Assembly (NCBI GenBank): GCA_022794035.1
Contig: JAAWDX010000001.1
Location: forward strand, 209,936 to 273,935
Length of the DNA stretch: 64,000 bases
Direction: 5' to 3'
From: Lachnospiraceae bacterium
GTDB taxonomy: Bacteria; Bacillota; Clostridia; Lachnospirales; Bianqueaceae
Below the pieces are notes generated by a model. That model was not told where the DNA came from and made no database searches. It was given only the letters and a program-made list of their open reading frames with translations. Position numbers and translations under genes: made by a program. Below are positions 28,119 through 39,991 of the stretch, one piece after another (the stretch's first letter is position 1; each line of letters opens with the position of its first letter).

Positions 28119-30596
28119 TTATTCCTCGGCGGAATCCTCTTCAATTTTCTCTTCGCGAATCTTCGCGATGCTGACGATCTTGGTGTCCTTATCAAGTCCC
28201 ATCAGCTTCACGCCGGAGGTCACGCGGCCGATCTCGCTGATATCCTGTACGCGCAGGCGGATGATAACGCCTCCGCTCGTAATCAGCATCAGATCCTGAT
28301 CCGGTGAAACCAGCTTAAAGCTAACCACATCGCCGGTCTTGGCGGTAATACGGTAATACAGATTGCCCTTGCCGCCGCGCTTTTGCACGGAAAACTCGGT
28401 CAGAGCCGTGCGCTTGCCCATACCGTTTTCGGTAACGGCCAGCGCGGAATCTCCCTGCGAGGTCAGCTGCACGCCGATCACTTCATCGCCAGCGCCGAGC
28501 GTAATACCCTTTACGCCCATGGAGCTGCGGCCGGTCGTACGCACATCAGTTTCGCGGAAGCGAATGATCTGGCCGCGCTTGGTGGCCATGAGCACTTCAT
28601 CCTTGCCGCTGGAGCGCTTAACCTCGATCAGCTCATCGCCCTCCTGAAGGGAAATAGCAATCAGTCCATTCGTACGAATATTGCTGTATTCAGCAAGATC
28701 TGTCTTTTTGATAATACCATTTTTGGTCGCCATCAGCAGATAGCCCTTATCGCGCTTTTCCTTCATCTGAATGGCAGCGCTGACCTGTTCGCCGCCGCTC
28801 AGCGACAGCAGGTTCACAATGGCCGTGCCGCGGGCCGTGCGGCCTGCCTCGGGGATCTCATAAGCCTTCATGCGGTATACGCGGCCCCAGTTGGTAAAGA
28901 ACAGCACATAATCATGCGAGGAAGCGATGAAGAGATGCTTTACAAAATCCTCTTCGCGGGTTTCGATACCCTTAATGCCCTTGCCGCCGCGGTTCTGGCT
29001 GTGATACATGTCTAAGGAGGTGCGTTTGATGTAGCCAAGATTGGTCATCGTGATGACGCAGCTCTCGTTTTTGATCAAATCCTCTAAGTTGATCTCGCCT
29101 TCCTCATAAGTAATATAGGTGCGGCGCGGATCTGCATATTTGGTTTTCAGTACCAGCAGCTCTTCCTTGATCACGCTGAACAGTATATTTTCATTTCCTA
29201 AAATGGCTAAATACTCCTGAATCTTTTCTGTCAGCTCATCATACTCATTTTGCAGACGGTCGCGCTCCAGTCCGGTCAGCGCACGCAGACGCATGTCCAC
29301 GATTGCCTGTGCCTGTGCATCGCTGAACTCAAAGCGGGCGATCAGGTTTGCCTTTGCCTCGGCCACGTTAGAGGAAGCACGGATAATGGAGATAATTTCA
29401 TCAATGTAGTCCAGCGCCTTTAAAAGACCCTCTAAGATGTGCGCACGCGCCTGTGCCTTATCCAGATCATACTGCGTACGGCGCGTTACAACCTCTTTCT
29501 GATGATCCAGATAGTAGGTGAGCATCTGCTTTAAATTCAGCACCTTAGGCTCATTATTCACAAGGGCCAGCATGTTGATGCTAAACGTATCCTGCAGGGG
29601 TGTATTTTTATAGAGCTGATTGATGATCAGCCGCGCATTGGCATCGCGCTTTAAATCAATCACGATCCGCAGACCGTTACGGTTGGTCTCATCGCGCAGA
29701 TCAGAAATCCCTTCAATTTTTTTGTCCTTAACCAGCTCAGCAATACGCTCGACCAAACGCGCTTTATTCACCTGATAAGGAATCTCGGAGACCACAATGC
29801 ACTGGCGGTGTCCCGGAAGCTCTTCGACCTCCATATTCGCGCGAACAACTGCGCGCCCGCGCCCGGTGCGGTAGGCCTGCTCAATATCGCGCACGCCGTA
29901 AATGGTTGCGCCGGTGGGGAAGTCAGGTCCCTTTACAATCTGCATCAGCTCGTCAATGGTGGTATCGCGGTCCTCGAGCATGTGGTTGTCGATGATTTTC
30001 ACAACCGCATCGATCACCTCGCCCAGATTGTGCGGGGGGATGCTGGTGGCCATACCAACGGCGATACCGCCGGTTCCGTTCACCAGCAGGTTGGGAAAGC
30101 GTGCGGGCAGCACGGTGGGCTCCTTTAAAGAGCCGTCAAAGTTGGCGGTAAAGTCAACGGTATTTTTATTGATATCCGAGAGCATCTCCATCGAAAGCTT
30201 GCTCAGGCGCGCCTCGGTATAACGCATAGCGGCAGCGCCGTCGCCGTCCATCGAGCCGAAGTTGCCGTGCCCGTCGACCAGCATATAGCGCGTGGAAAAG
30301 TCCTGTGCCAAGCGCACCATGGCTTCATAAATAGAGCTGTCGCCGTGTGGGTGGTATTTACCCATCGTATCGCCCACGATACGGGCTGATTTACGGTAGG
30401 ATTTGTCCGGGGATAAACCCAGCTCATTCATCGCGTGCAGAATGCGGCGCTGAACGGGCTTCATGCCGTCACGCACATCCGGCAGCGCACGCGTGGTAAT
30501 TACGCTCATGGCATAGTCAATAAAGCTGTCCTTCATCATTTTTTCCAGATTGACAATCTCAATCCGGTCATGCTGCGGCGTCTGATTTTCGTCCAT
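28119..30596 (-). CDS. gyrA: DNA gyrase subunit A
   Basis: 825 aa. N-terminus ...[32 protein letters not shown], the active-site region [10 protein letters not shown] and C-terminal beta-pinwheel repeats. Located directly downstream of gyrB, with its SD inside the gyrB 3' end. Confidence 0.98.
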   Translation of the reverse strand: MDENQTPQHDRIEIVNLEKMMKDSFIDYAMSVITTRALPDVRDGMKPVQRRILHAMNELGLSPDKSYRKSARIVGDTMGKYHPHGDSSIYEAMVRLAQDFSTRYMLVDGHGNFGSMDGDGAAAMRYTEARLSKLSMEMLSDINKNTVDFTANFDGSLKEPTVLPARFPNLLVNGTGGIAVGMATSIPPHNLGEVIDAVVKIIDNHMLEDRDTTIDELMQIVKGPDFPTGATIYGVRDIEQAYRTGRGRAVVRANMEVEELPGHRQCIVVSEIPYQVNKARLVERIAELVKDKKIEGISDLRDETNRNGLRIVIDLKRDANARLIINQLYKNTPLQDTFSINMLALVNNEPKVLNLKQMLTYYLDHQKEVVTRRTQYDLDKAQARAHILEGLLKALDYIDEIISIIRASSNVAEAKANLIARFEFSDAQAQAIVDMRLRALTGLERDRLQNEYDELTEKIQEYLAILGNENILFSVIKEELLVLKTKYADPRRTYITYEEGEINLEDLIKNESCVITMTNLGYIKRTSLDMYHSQNRGGKGIKGIETREEDFVKHLFIASSHDYVLFFTNWGRVYRMKAYEIPEAGRTARGTAIVNLLSLSGGEQVSAAIQMKEKRDKGYLLMATKNGIIKKTDLAEYSNIRTNGLIAISLQEGDELIEVKRSSGKDEVLMATKRGQIIRFRETDVRTTGRSSMGVKGITLGAGDEVIGVQLTSQGDSALAVTENGMGKRTALTEFSVQKRGGKGNLYYRITAKTGDVVSFKLVSPDQDLMLITSGGVIIRLRVQDISEIGRVTSGVKLMGLDKDTKIVSIAKIREEKIEEDSAEE

Positions 30597-30607
30597 AGTC
30601 TACCTCC

Positions 30608-32689
<2,082 letters not shown>

Positions 32690-32739
32690 CTAACATAACA
32701 TAAGTTCAGCGCGGAACACGCCGAACTTGTACCATTCCT

Positions 32740-32768
32740 AGTATATCATAAAAACCGCATAAACACAA
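32740..32768 (-). promoter_or_regulatory. Candidate gyrB promoter
   Basis: Minus strand: TTGTGT (32763-32768), 17-nt spacer, TGaTATACT extended -10 (hexamer at 32740-32745). Confidence 0.4.
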
Positions 32769-33077
32769 GGAAAACGCGCTTTTTAAATCAGGTTTTTTTA
32801 ATCAAATTCATGACGGGAAGGCAGGGGATTATTATCACCAGATACATACAAATCAGCGCTCCCGTCAGGCGTCGGATTGACAGATGCGTTTTGGGCTAGG
32901 CTTTGGGCTTGCGCTTCTGACATCGTATTTGTGGCCTGTATTTCTGGTCTGCGTTTCTGGCCTCGTTTTCAGCCGCCACTGGCGGAAGAGGACGATTTAG
33001 CTGAACTTTTTCCACCGTGTATAGCGGAACGGTCATGAAGTAGCTGAAAAATACCCGTTAGCAAGCGGCGCCAAATC

Positions 33078-33110
33078 AAAAATGGCGGAAAAAATTCCGC
33101 CATTTTAATC
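33078..33110 (-). terminator. Intrinsic terminator downstream of yitT (perfect palindrome, potentially bidirectional)
   Basis: AAAATGGCGGAA-AAAA-TTCCGCCATTTT has 12-bp arms and A/T runs on both sides. On the minus strand the hairpin is followed by TTTTT. Confidence 0.6.
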
Positions 33111-33228
33111 TAAGAGCCCGAGTGCGGAGGAAATTTCTCCGCCATTTTTTGGATTTCCGCCAGCGCTGACTAGGCTATGAAATACACAACGTCCACAGCA
33201 TCCACAGCATTCCCCCTGCAATATGTAC

Positions 33229-34101
33229 CTACTCAATATGATCCATGGAGAAAAAGCTGGTGCCGCGTCCATAGACGCCATTGACCGTAGTGATGGTCAA
33301 AAAGGCATGGGGATCCGTTTTTTTAACCAGTGCTTTTAAAGGAGACAGCTGATGCTTGCTGATCACGCAGTAAAGCATGTACCGTTCATCGCCGGTGTAG
33401 GCGCCGGTCGCCTTCATAATCGTGATGCCGCGGCCCAGGCCATCCATCAAAGCCTTAGAAAGGCTCTGCGGATTAGCCGTGATAATCGTGATAGCGCGGC
33501 GATGGTCAATCCCATCGATGACATAAGAGGTCACCTGAGAGCCAATGAACATAGCGCAGAGCGTAAGCACCGCCTGATCCAGACCATAGATCAGCATAGA
33601 AAGGGAGATAATAACGGCATTCACAAAAAGACCGGTGGTCGCCATGTTGATAGAAAAATATTTATGCAGTACCTTGGCAATGATGTCACTTCCGCCCGAG
33701 GAGGCACCGCTGCGGTAGATAATGCCCAATCCAAGTCCGGTTAATACACCGCCCAGTGCGACAGCCGTGAGAGGGCTTTCAAACGGGACGGAAAGCGGAT
33801 GTCCCAGCTGGAGGCAGAGGGAGAAAATACCCATTCCTGCAAGGCTATATAAAAAGAACTTGCGGCTGACAAATTTCCAGCCAATTAAAAAAAGCGGGAT
33901 ATTCAGTAAAATAATCATTAAAGAGATCGGCAGGCCAAACTGATAGTTAAGAAGCTGGGCAAAGCCGGTGACGCCGCCGCTAAGCAGGTGCTGTTTAGTA
34001 TAAAACAGGTTCATGCCGACAGAATAAATCAGACTGCCGATAACCATAAGAAGCAGAACACGCCCATGTGTTTTAATGGCTTCTCGTACTGATGATTTCA
34101 T
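33229..34101 (-). CDS. yitT: YitT-family membrane protein (DUF161 repeats plus a DUF2179 C-terminal domain)
   Basis: 290 aa and multi-TM. It shows the characteristic SGGVTGFAQLL and GASSGGSDIIA motifs and a soluble C-terminal domain (RGITIMKATGAYTGDERYMLYCVISKHQL). Confidence 0.8.
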   Translation of the reverse strand: MKSSVREAIKTHGRVLLLMVIGSLIYSVGMNLFYTKQHLLSGGVTGFAQLLNYQFGLPISLMIILLNIPLFLIGWKFVSRKFFLYSLAGMGIFSLCLQLGHPLSVPFESPLTAVALGGVLTGLGLGIIYRSGASSGGSDIIAKVLHKYFSINMATTGLFVNAVIISLSMLIYGLDQAVLTLCAMFIGSQVTSYVIDGIDHRRAITIITANPQSLSKALMDGLGRGITIMKATGAYTGDERYMLYCVISKHQLSPLKALVKKTDPHAFLTITTVNGVYGRGTSFFSMDHIE

Positions 34102-34238
34102 AATAGAAATTCCTCCCAGAATATAATTAGAAAAATATCCTTAATAAAGCCACTATAGTCTATCATAATTTCAAAGAAAAAGGAAGGTCATTTTAAAGGA
34201 ATAGTGACAATTTTAACGCCGCTTGTCAGCGGTTTTTA

Positions 34239-34267
34239 TTTACTTTCACTAAAAACAATGATACAAT
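34239..34267 (+). promoter_or_regulatory. Candidate promoter of the moxR operon
   Basis: TTTACT (34239-34244), 17-nt spacer, TGaTACAAT extended -10 (TACAAT at 34262-34267). AAGGAAGGA lies before the ATG at 34303. Confidence 0.5.
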
Positions 34268-34302
34268 AAAGAATAATTAACAAGAGAAGGAAGGATGTTT
34301 CA

Positions 34303-35274
34303 ATGCAAATTGCAGAAATTCAAGCACTTACCCAGAAAATAAAAGAAAATATGGAAAAGGTTGTCGTCGGCAAATCAGATAAGATCAATTTGATTTTGGC
34401 GGCGCTTTTGGCCAAAGGCCATGTGCTGCTGGAGGACGTGCCGGGCACCGGAAAAACCGTACTGGCTAAGTCACTGGCCAAGTCCTTGGATACCAAATTT
34501 AAACGGATTCAGTTCACGCCGGATCTGCTCCCCTCGGATCTGATCGGCATCAATTATTATAATCAAAAAGAAAGTGAATTTGTTTTCCGGGAGGGCGCGC
34601 TGTTTACCAACGTGCTGCTGGCCGACGAAATCAACAGAGCCACGCCCCGCACGCAGTCCAGTCTGCTGGAGAGCATGGAAGAAAAGCAAATCACCGTTGA
34701 CGGGCATACCTATGTACTGGAACAGCCCTTTTTTGTCATTGCCACAGAGAACCCGGTGGAGACGCAGGGCACATTTCCGCTGCCGGAGGCACAGCTTGAC
34801 CGGTTTTTGATGCAGCTTTCCATGGGGTATACGGAGAAGCAGGATACGCTTGAAATCCTGCGCCGGTTTGTGAATGAGGTGCCGGCTGAAGCGGTAGAGC
34901 CGGTCTGCACACGCGAGCAGCTTTTGGAAATGCAGGAAAGCGTTAAACAGGTCACCATCCATCCGGATATCGCGGCCTATACGGTGGATATTGTGGATAA
35001 AACGAGAACGGCTGACAGCGTGCAGCTGGGCGTGAGCCCGCGTGGCAATCTGGCGCTTCTGAAAACAGCGCAGGCACTGGCCGCCATTCAGGGCCGCAGC
35101 TATGTGATTCCGGATGATATCAAGGCGCTGGCCGTTCCTGTGCTGGGACACCGCATCATTTTGCGCGGCAGTCAGCGCAACAAATCGACGCAGATTGAAA
35201 CGCTGATTCAGGATATTTTAGAATCAGTGGAGGTGCCCACGGAGGAATGGAAGCTCTCGAAGCAGGAGGGATGA
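34303..35274 (+). CDS. MoxR-family AAA+ ATPase
   Basis: Walker A GVPGTGKT, Walker B LLADEINRA, and the ATENP....G.F.LPEAQLDRF motif diagnostic of the MoxR/RavA clade. Confidence 0.93.
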   Translation: MQIAEIQALTQKIKENMEKVVVGKSDKINLILAALLAKGHVLLEDVPGTGKTVLAKSLAKSLDTKFKRIQFTPDLLPSDLIGINYYNQKESEFVFREGALFTNVLLADEINRATPRTQSSLLESMEEKQITVDGHTYVLEQPFFVIATENPVETQGTFPLPEAQLDRFLMQLSMGYTEKQDTLEILRRFVNEVPAEAVEPVCTREQLLEMQESVKQVTIHPDIAAYTVDIVDKTRTADSVQLGVSPRGNLALLKTAQALAAIQGRSYVIPDDIKALAVPVLGHRIILRGSQRNKSTQIETLIQDILESVEVPTEEWKLSKQEG

Positions 35275-35281
35275 GGCTTCG

Positions 35282-36388
35282 ATGGCAGTATTAATTATTT
35301 TAATCGTGGTAGGCCTCATGCTGTGGATTCAAAAGAAGGTCTACCAAAAGTACTGGAATAAGCGACTAACGGCAGAAGTCAAGCTGCGCGATCAATACAT
35401 GTTTGAAGGGCAGGAGACAGAGCTGGTCGAAGTTATGACCAACAACAAGCTGCTGCCGCTGCCGTGGGTGCAGCTCAAGTTTCAGATCATCCGCAACGGC
35501 AAAACTGATAATCTGTTCAAAAGCGATATCTTTAATATTCTATTTCATCAGCAGATCACGCGCAAAAGCAAGCTGCTGCTCAAGCGGCGCGGCGTATATC
35601 AGATTCGCCAGCTGGATCTTTTGAGCTATGATATGTTCATCACCAGCAAATTTGTGAAAATAGTGGATAACCATGCGCAGATCACCGTGTACCCAGTCAG
35701 CATGGCCAAGGAAAACTTCGATGTGCCCTATGAAAAGATGATCGGAACCATGGCAACCAAGCGGTACACGCTGGAGGATCCGTTTTTATTCAAAGGCATC
35801 CGCGATTATCAGCCGCATGACAGCTTTAAGAGCATCAATTTCAAAGCCTCCGCCAGAGGCGGAAAATGGCTGGTGAACACGCATGAATATACCGTTGATC
35901 AAACGGTGCATGTGCTGCTGCTCACTGACAAAAGCACCAACTACTATGATGAGCCTGTGTATGAGGCGGGGCTGCGTTTAGCGGCTGCTATGATCAGCCG
36001 CCTGGAGCGGGACGGCGTGCCGGCAAGCTTTTACAGCAATGGGCAGGACAGCCTAGAGCAGCAGGAGCCGCGGGTCGGAGCAGGCTGCAGTGAAAATCAT
36101 ATTGATTCGGTGCTGGAGACATTGGCACGCCTAGATATGACCGTGACAGGGACGGCTGGGCCGCAGGTACTGGAAGATCTGCAGGAGAAGAGACAGGCAG
36201 AGGATTATTATGTGATCATCAGCGCCTGCTACAGCAAGGAGATGGTGCAGAAATACAATGAGCTGCGCAGCTATACGGATTCATGCATGTGGCTTGCGCC
36301 GATCTCAGAGATAGACTTTTTGGAGATGGAGCTTCGGGTGCAGAATCTGGAGAAAGACGTAGAAGATTTTTATTTCTTCAAGGTGTGA
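35282..36388 (+). CDS. DUF58 domain-containing protein (MoxR partner)
   Basis: N-terminal TM helix, then the conserved GIRDYQPHDSFKSINFKASAR segment (the DUF58 signature G.R.Y..GD....I.W). It has the canonical position immediately after moxR. Confidence 0.8.
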   Translation: MAVLIILIVVGLMLWIQKKVYQKYWNKRLTAEVKLRDQYMFEGQETELVEVMTNNKLLPLPWVQLKFQIIRNGKTDNLFKSDIFNILFHQQITRKSKLLLKRRGVYQIRQLDLLSYDMFITSKFVKIVDNHAQITVYPVSMAKENFDVPYEKMIGTMATKRYTLEDPFLFKGIRDYQPHDSFKSINFKASARGGKWLVNTHEYTVDQTVHVLLLTDKSTNYYDEPVYEAGLRLAAAMISRLERDGVPASFYSNGQDSLEQQEPRVGAGCSENHIDSVLETLARLDMTVTGTAGPQVLEDLQEKRQAEDYYVIISACYSKEMVQKYNELRSYTDSCMWLAPISEIDFLEMELRVQNLEKDVEDFYFFKV

Positions 36389-36398
36389 GGAGGTAGGG

Positions 36399-37628
36399 AT
36401 GAGCGAAACATATGGATATGATCGGGAAGCGATAAGCTACCGGAAAATTGTTCGGTATCCCAGCTGGGTAGAAGCGCTTAAGGTTTTTCTCTTATTCGCC
36501 CCCGCGGCCGTTTTGATTTGCTATGGAGCATATGATATCGGAAACGGATATCAGTATTTGTATTTTTCAATAGGCTTTTTCTTGATGCCCTGCCTCTCGA
36601 CTGTGCTGCGCCGGCATCTGCATAGCCTGATCCTCTTTATTTTAGTGCAGCTGGTACAGGCGGCATGGCTGCTGCTCTCGCCCGATCTCGTGCTGACAAC
36701 GTTGGGAATCGTCTACTGGCTTGCGCTGACGGTATACGGCGCGGTGCGGCAGGTTTCCAAGGAAAACGAGAGGGAGGCCTCGATGATGGTACTTTTGTTT
36801 TCTATGGTTGCCATGATCTGTATCTATATCCTCTCCGTGAGCCGTGAACGCGAAGGGTATGAGACGCTGCTGATCGTGCAGGCCTTTATCTATGCGGCGC
36901 TGTTTATGTACTACGAGCACTGGATCGGTGTGCATGATGCGCTGCGCAATATTGACAAAGAGGGCAATTTCTCACTGCGGCGCATGCTTCGCTTTAACAA
37001 TCAGATGCTATACGGCTATTTCGGCATTGCCGCTGCCGTATTTTTGGTGCTGTATCTGCTGGGACTGGGAGATATGCTTGGCCTGTTAGGCCAGAAGTCG
37101 CTGCTGATGCTGCGGAGAATGCTGCGGTATTTTGGCAGCATAGAGCCAACACAGGAGACGCTGGAAGAGGAGGCCGTGCAGGAGGAGACGATCAATGAGT
37201 CGTATGCCCAGATGTTTGGCACGATGGAGAGCGGGGTGATCTGGCTGATCCTTGAAAAGCTTCTTGAAATTATATTTGTGCTTCTGGTGCTGGGAGCGAT
37301 TGCAGCCATGATTTATTTTCTGGTGCGCAAGGTGGGCGAAGGAAGCCGCTATCAGGAACCTAATTATGAGGAGACGAAGGTCTTTTATAAAGAAGCGGCA
37401 AAGCCTAAAACACGCCGCCGCAGCTTTAAAGAGATTTTTGACAACAGTCCGGAAAATAAAATCCGCAAGCTGTACTATAAAAAGGTGAAGGGACAGATGG
37501 GCAAAAAGGTGCAGCCCTATGAGACCCCGCATGAGGTGGGAGAAGTTCTGCCGGACATTAAAGCGCTGGTGCATCAGTACGACGAGGCGCGCTACGCGGT
37601 GCAGAATATAAAAGACAGCGATAGATAA
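36399..37628 (+). CDS. Polytopic membrane protein with a DUF4129-like C-terminal domain
   Basis: Several TM helices in the N-terminal 320 aa. The cytoplasmic tail ...YETPHEVGEVLPDIKALVHQYDEARYAV resembles the DUF4129 motif (TP.E....L......L...YE.ARY). It is the third gene of the MoxR operon and has a strong SD (GAGGAGG). Confidence 0.6.
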   Translation: MSETYGYDREAISYRKIVRYPSWVEALKVFLLFAPAAVLICYGAYDIGNGYQYLYFSIGFFLMPCLSTVLRRHLHSLILFILVQLVQAAWLLLSPDLVLTTLGIVYWLALTVYGAVRQVSKENEREASMMVLLFSMVAMICIYILSVSREREGYETLLIVQAFIYAALFMYYEHWIGVHDALRNIDKEGNFSLRRMLRFNNQMLYGYFGIAAAVFLVLYLLGLGDMLGLLGQKSLLMLRRMLRYFGSIEPTQETLEEEAVQEETINESYAQMFGTMESGVIWLILEKLLEIIFVLLVLGAIAAMIYFLVRKVGEGSRYQEPNYEETKVFYKEAAKPKTRRRSFKEIFDNSPENKIRKLYYKKVKGQMGKKVQPYETPHEVGEVLPDIKALVHQYDEARYAVQNIKDSDR

Positions 37629-37665
37629 AAGCAAAGGGGGATTCGGTGCCCCTTTGCTTGTTTTT
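37629..37665 (+). terminator. Intrinsic terminator of the moxR operon
   Basis: AAGCAAAGGGG-ATTCGGTG-CCCCTTTGCTT followed by GTTTTT, immediately after the stop codon. Confidence 0.85.
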
Positions 37666-37688
37666 CATGTAAAGGAGAACGATAGATT

Positions 37689-38411
37689 ATGGCAGTGATT
37701 CAGATGGATTTCATGGCCAATACCATACAGCGGTTTACGGGCATTCACGTGATCCTTCCCTGCGATCAGGAGAAGGCGGTAGAGCAAGGGCCGTTTCCGG
37801 CGCTGTATCTGCTGCACGGTTATTTTGGCAACTATACAGACTGGCTTTATAACTCGCGGATTGCGCTGTGGGCGCAGCAGCGAAGGATCGCCGTCGTGAT
37901 GCCTTCGGGAGAAAATGCGTATTATCTGGATTATCCGGAGCGGGCCGAAAACTTTGAAAAATTTCTAGCGCAAGAGCTGGTGCAGCTTACGAGGAATGCA
38001 TTTCCGCTGTCACAAAAAAGAGAAGACACGTGGATTGCCGGACTTTCCATGGGCGGAGGCGGCGCCATCCGCTGCGCGCTGCATTATGGCGAGGTGTTTG
38101 GCAAGGCTGCTGGGCTTTCCGCCGGGCTGACGATTCATCAGGAGGCGGAGCAGCTGGGGCATAATGCGGATGTGATGCAGGCGCTCACAGAGGCGCTTCA
38201 GCAGAAAAAGCCGATTCCGCAGCTGTTTCTCAGCATTGGCACCGAGGATCCCCTGCTGGAGGATAACAGAGAGTATCACCGGTTTTTAAACGAGAACGGG
38301 GTCCCGCATCATTATGAAGAGCAGCCGGGAGGACATAACTGGACCTATTGGGACGGACATATATGCGATGTACTGGACTGGATGCAGGAGGGCAGATCAT
38401 GGCAATCTTAA
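37689..38411 (+). CDS. Esterase-family alpha/beta hydrolase ('putative esterase' / S-formylglutathione-hydrolase-like), paralogue 1
   Basis: 240 aa. YLLHG oxyanion region, nucleophile elbow GLSMGGGGA, and a C-terminal GGHNW(T)YW catalytic His region. Confidence 0.8.
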   Translation: MAVIQMDFMANTIQRFTGIHVILPCDQEKAVEQGPFPALYLLHGYFGNYTDWLYNSRIALWAQQRRIAVVMPSGENAYYLDYPERAENFEKFLAQELVQLTRNAFPLSQKREDTWIAGLSMGGGGAIRCALHYGEVFGKAAGLSAGLTIHQEAEQLGHNADVMQALTEALQQKKPIPQLFLSIGTEDPLLEDNREYHRFLNENGVPHHYEEQPGGHNWTYWDGHICDVLDWMQEGRSWQS

Positions 38412-39175
38412 AAATGGAGCTATACGCTAAGACCATGCGGCGCACAGTCACCGCTGCTGCAGTCCTGCCGGCAGAATCGCTAAAGAGAGGCCAGCGCTGC
38501 GCCTGCCTGTATCTGCTGCATGGCGTACAGGGCAGCTATATCAACTGGCTTACAGCCACCAATCTATTTCGGCTACTCGGACAGTATAATGCGGCCCACG
38601 AGAAAAAGCTGGCGATTGTGCTCCCCAGCGGGGGGAATGGATTTTATCATCCGGCCGCGGGCCGAAAAGAGGATTACGAACGCTTTGTTGGCGAAGAGCT
38701 GATAGAGCTTACCAGAGCCATGCTGCCGCTCTCTTCGTCCAGAGAAGACACGTGGATTGCCGGACTTTCTATGGGCGGCTATGGGGCCCTGCGGACAGGG
38801 CTGCTCTATCCGGAGGTTTTCGGCTTTGCCGGAGGGCTTTCTTCGGCGCTGCTGACGCAGGATATGGAGGGGCACTGCAGGGAGGACGGCGCGTTTTTTG
38901 AGAGGCCGGAGTTTTTGCAGGAGATTTTTGGAGATTTGCAGGCGGCGGCGGACAGCGTGCATGATGTGCGGACATTGAGCCATCTGGCTGAGCGGCTGCC
39001 GAAGCTGTATCTGGCCTGTGGTAAGCAGGATGGGCTGCTGGATTTGACGAGGGGGCTGCATGAGGATTGGCAGCGCTCGGGGATCGAGCATGTGTATGAG
39101 GAGCATGACGGCGGTCATGACTGGGCCTTTTGGGAATGGGGCTTGCAGAGAATTTTGAAGCTGAGAGGGGAGTGA
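38399..39175 (+). CDS. Esterase-family alpha/beta hydrolase, paralogue 2
   Basis: YLLHG, GLSMGGYGA and GGHDWAFW motifs. Its N-terminus MAILKMELYAKTMRR parallels paralogue 1 (MAVIQMDFMANTIQR), so I prefer ATG 38399 (a 13-nt overlap with the upstream gene) over the ORF-track start at 38348. Confidence 0.8.
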   Translation: MAILKMELYAKTMRRTVTAAAVLPAESLKRGQRCACLYLLHGVQGSYINWLTATNLFRLLGQYNAAHEKKLAIVLPSGGNGFYHPAAGRKEDYERFVGEELIELTRAMLPLSSSREDTWIAGLSMGGYGALRTGLLYPEVFGFAGGLSSALLTQDMEGHCREDGAFFERPEFLQEIFGDLQAAADSVHDVRTLSHLAERLPKLYLACGKQDGLLDLTRGLHEDWQRSGIEHVYEEHDGGHDWAFWEWGLQRILKLRGE

Positions 39176-39181
39176 GGCGCG

Positions 39182-39991
39182 ATGGGTATTTTTGACGGAT
39201 ATTTGATCTGCACGGACTGTGATGGCACGATGACAAACAGAAAAGGGGAGCTTTCGCGGGAGAATGCGGAGGCGATCCGCTATTTTCAGCGCGAGGGAGG
39301 GCTGTTCACGGTGGCAACGGGACGGTTCCCTAAGCATGTGGGACAGTTTGAGGCAGATTTTAGGCCCAATACATATCAGGTGGTAGGAAATGGAACGACC
39401 ATTTATGATGTGGAGACGGGCAGGGTGCTGCACGAGGTCACGATGGAGCCGCCGGAGGAGGCGGTGCGGTATGTGGTAGAGCAGGGGCTCTGTCATCTGA
39501 TCTTTGTGGATCATCTGCACCATTCGGTGCGATGGAGCGATGGAAAGATCGGGCGGCTGGACATGCCCGCCAGCGATATAGAGGAGCTGTTTCGGCCGGA
39601 GGAAGAGAGCTGGCATAAGGTCAATTTTTGTTTTGATACGCCGGAGGAGACGGTGCGTGTACAGCAGCTGATGAAGGAGAAGTTTCCGCAGTACAAATTT
39701 GAGAGAAGCTGGGCGACAGGGATGGAGCTGCTGCCTGCGGAAGGCGGCAAGGGTCCGGCGATCCTGCGGCTGAAGGCGATCTTGGGGGATCGGGTGCGCC
39801 GGGTGATTGGCGCAGGCGATTATGAAAATGACGTATCGATGCTGCAGGTGGCAGACGTGGGCTATGCCGTGGCCAATGCGGCGGAGCTTTGCCGGGAGGC
39901 AGCGGACCGGATCACGGTAGATTGTGACCATCATGCGATAGCGGCGATCATACGAGAGCTGGAGCAGGAAGCAAAGGAGACTCTAAGATGA
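39182..39991 (+). CDS. Cof-type HAD-IIB family hydrolase (sugar phosphatase-like)
   Basis: Motif I DCDGT, TVATGR, and motif IV GAGDYENDVSMLQVADVGYAVANA. Confidence 0.88.
   Translation: MGIFDGYLICTDCDGTMTNRKGELSRENAEAIRYFQREGGLFTVATGRFPKHVGQFEADFRPNTYQVVGNGTTIYDVETGRVLHEVTMEPPEEAVRYVVEQGLCHLIFVDHLHHSVRWSDGKIGRLDMPASDIEELFRPEEESWHKVNFCFDTPEETVRVQQLMKEKFPQYKFERSWATGMELLPAEGGKGPAILRLKAILGDRVRRVIGAGDYENDVSMLQVADVGYAVANAAELCREAADRITVDCDHHAIAAIIRELEQEAKETLR

Noticed and set aside
33192-33209. Tandem TCCACAGCA x2 resembling DnaA boxes (TTATCCACA) near gyrB, i.e. a possible oriC
   Set aside because: Each copy matches only the ATCCACA core. There is no cluster of further boxes, no AT-rich unwinding element and no dnaA/dnaN nearby.
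38573-39934. 453-aa minus-strand ORF overlapping the esterase-2 and HAD genes
   Set aside because: It is a shadow ORF. Its translation is Pro/Arg/His/Leu-rich with no recognisable domains, whereas both + strand genes carry clear catalytic motifs.
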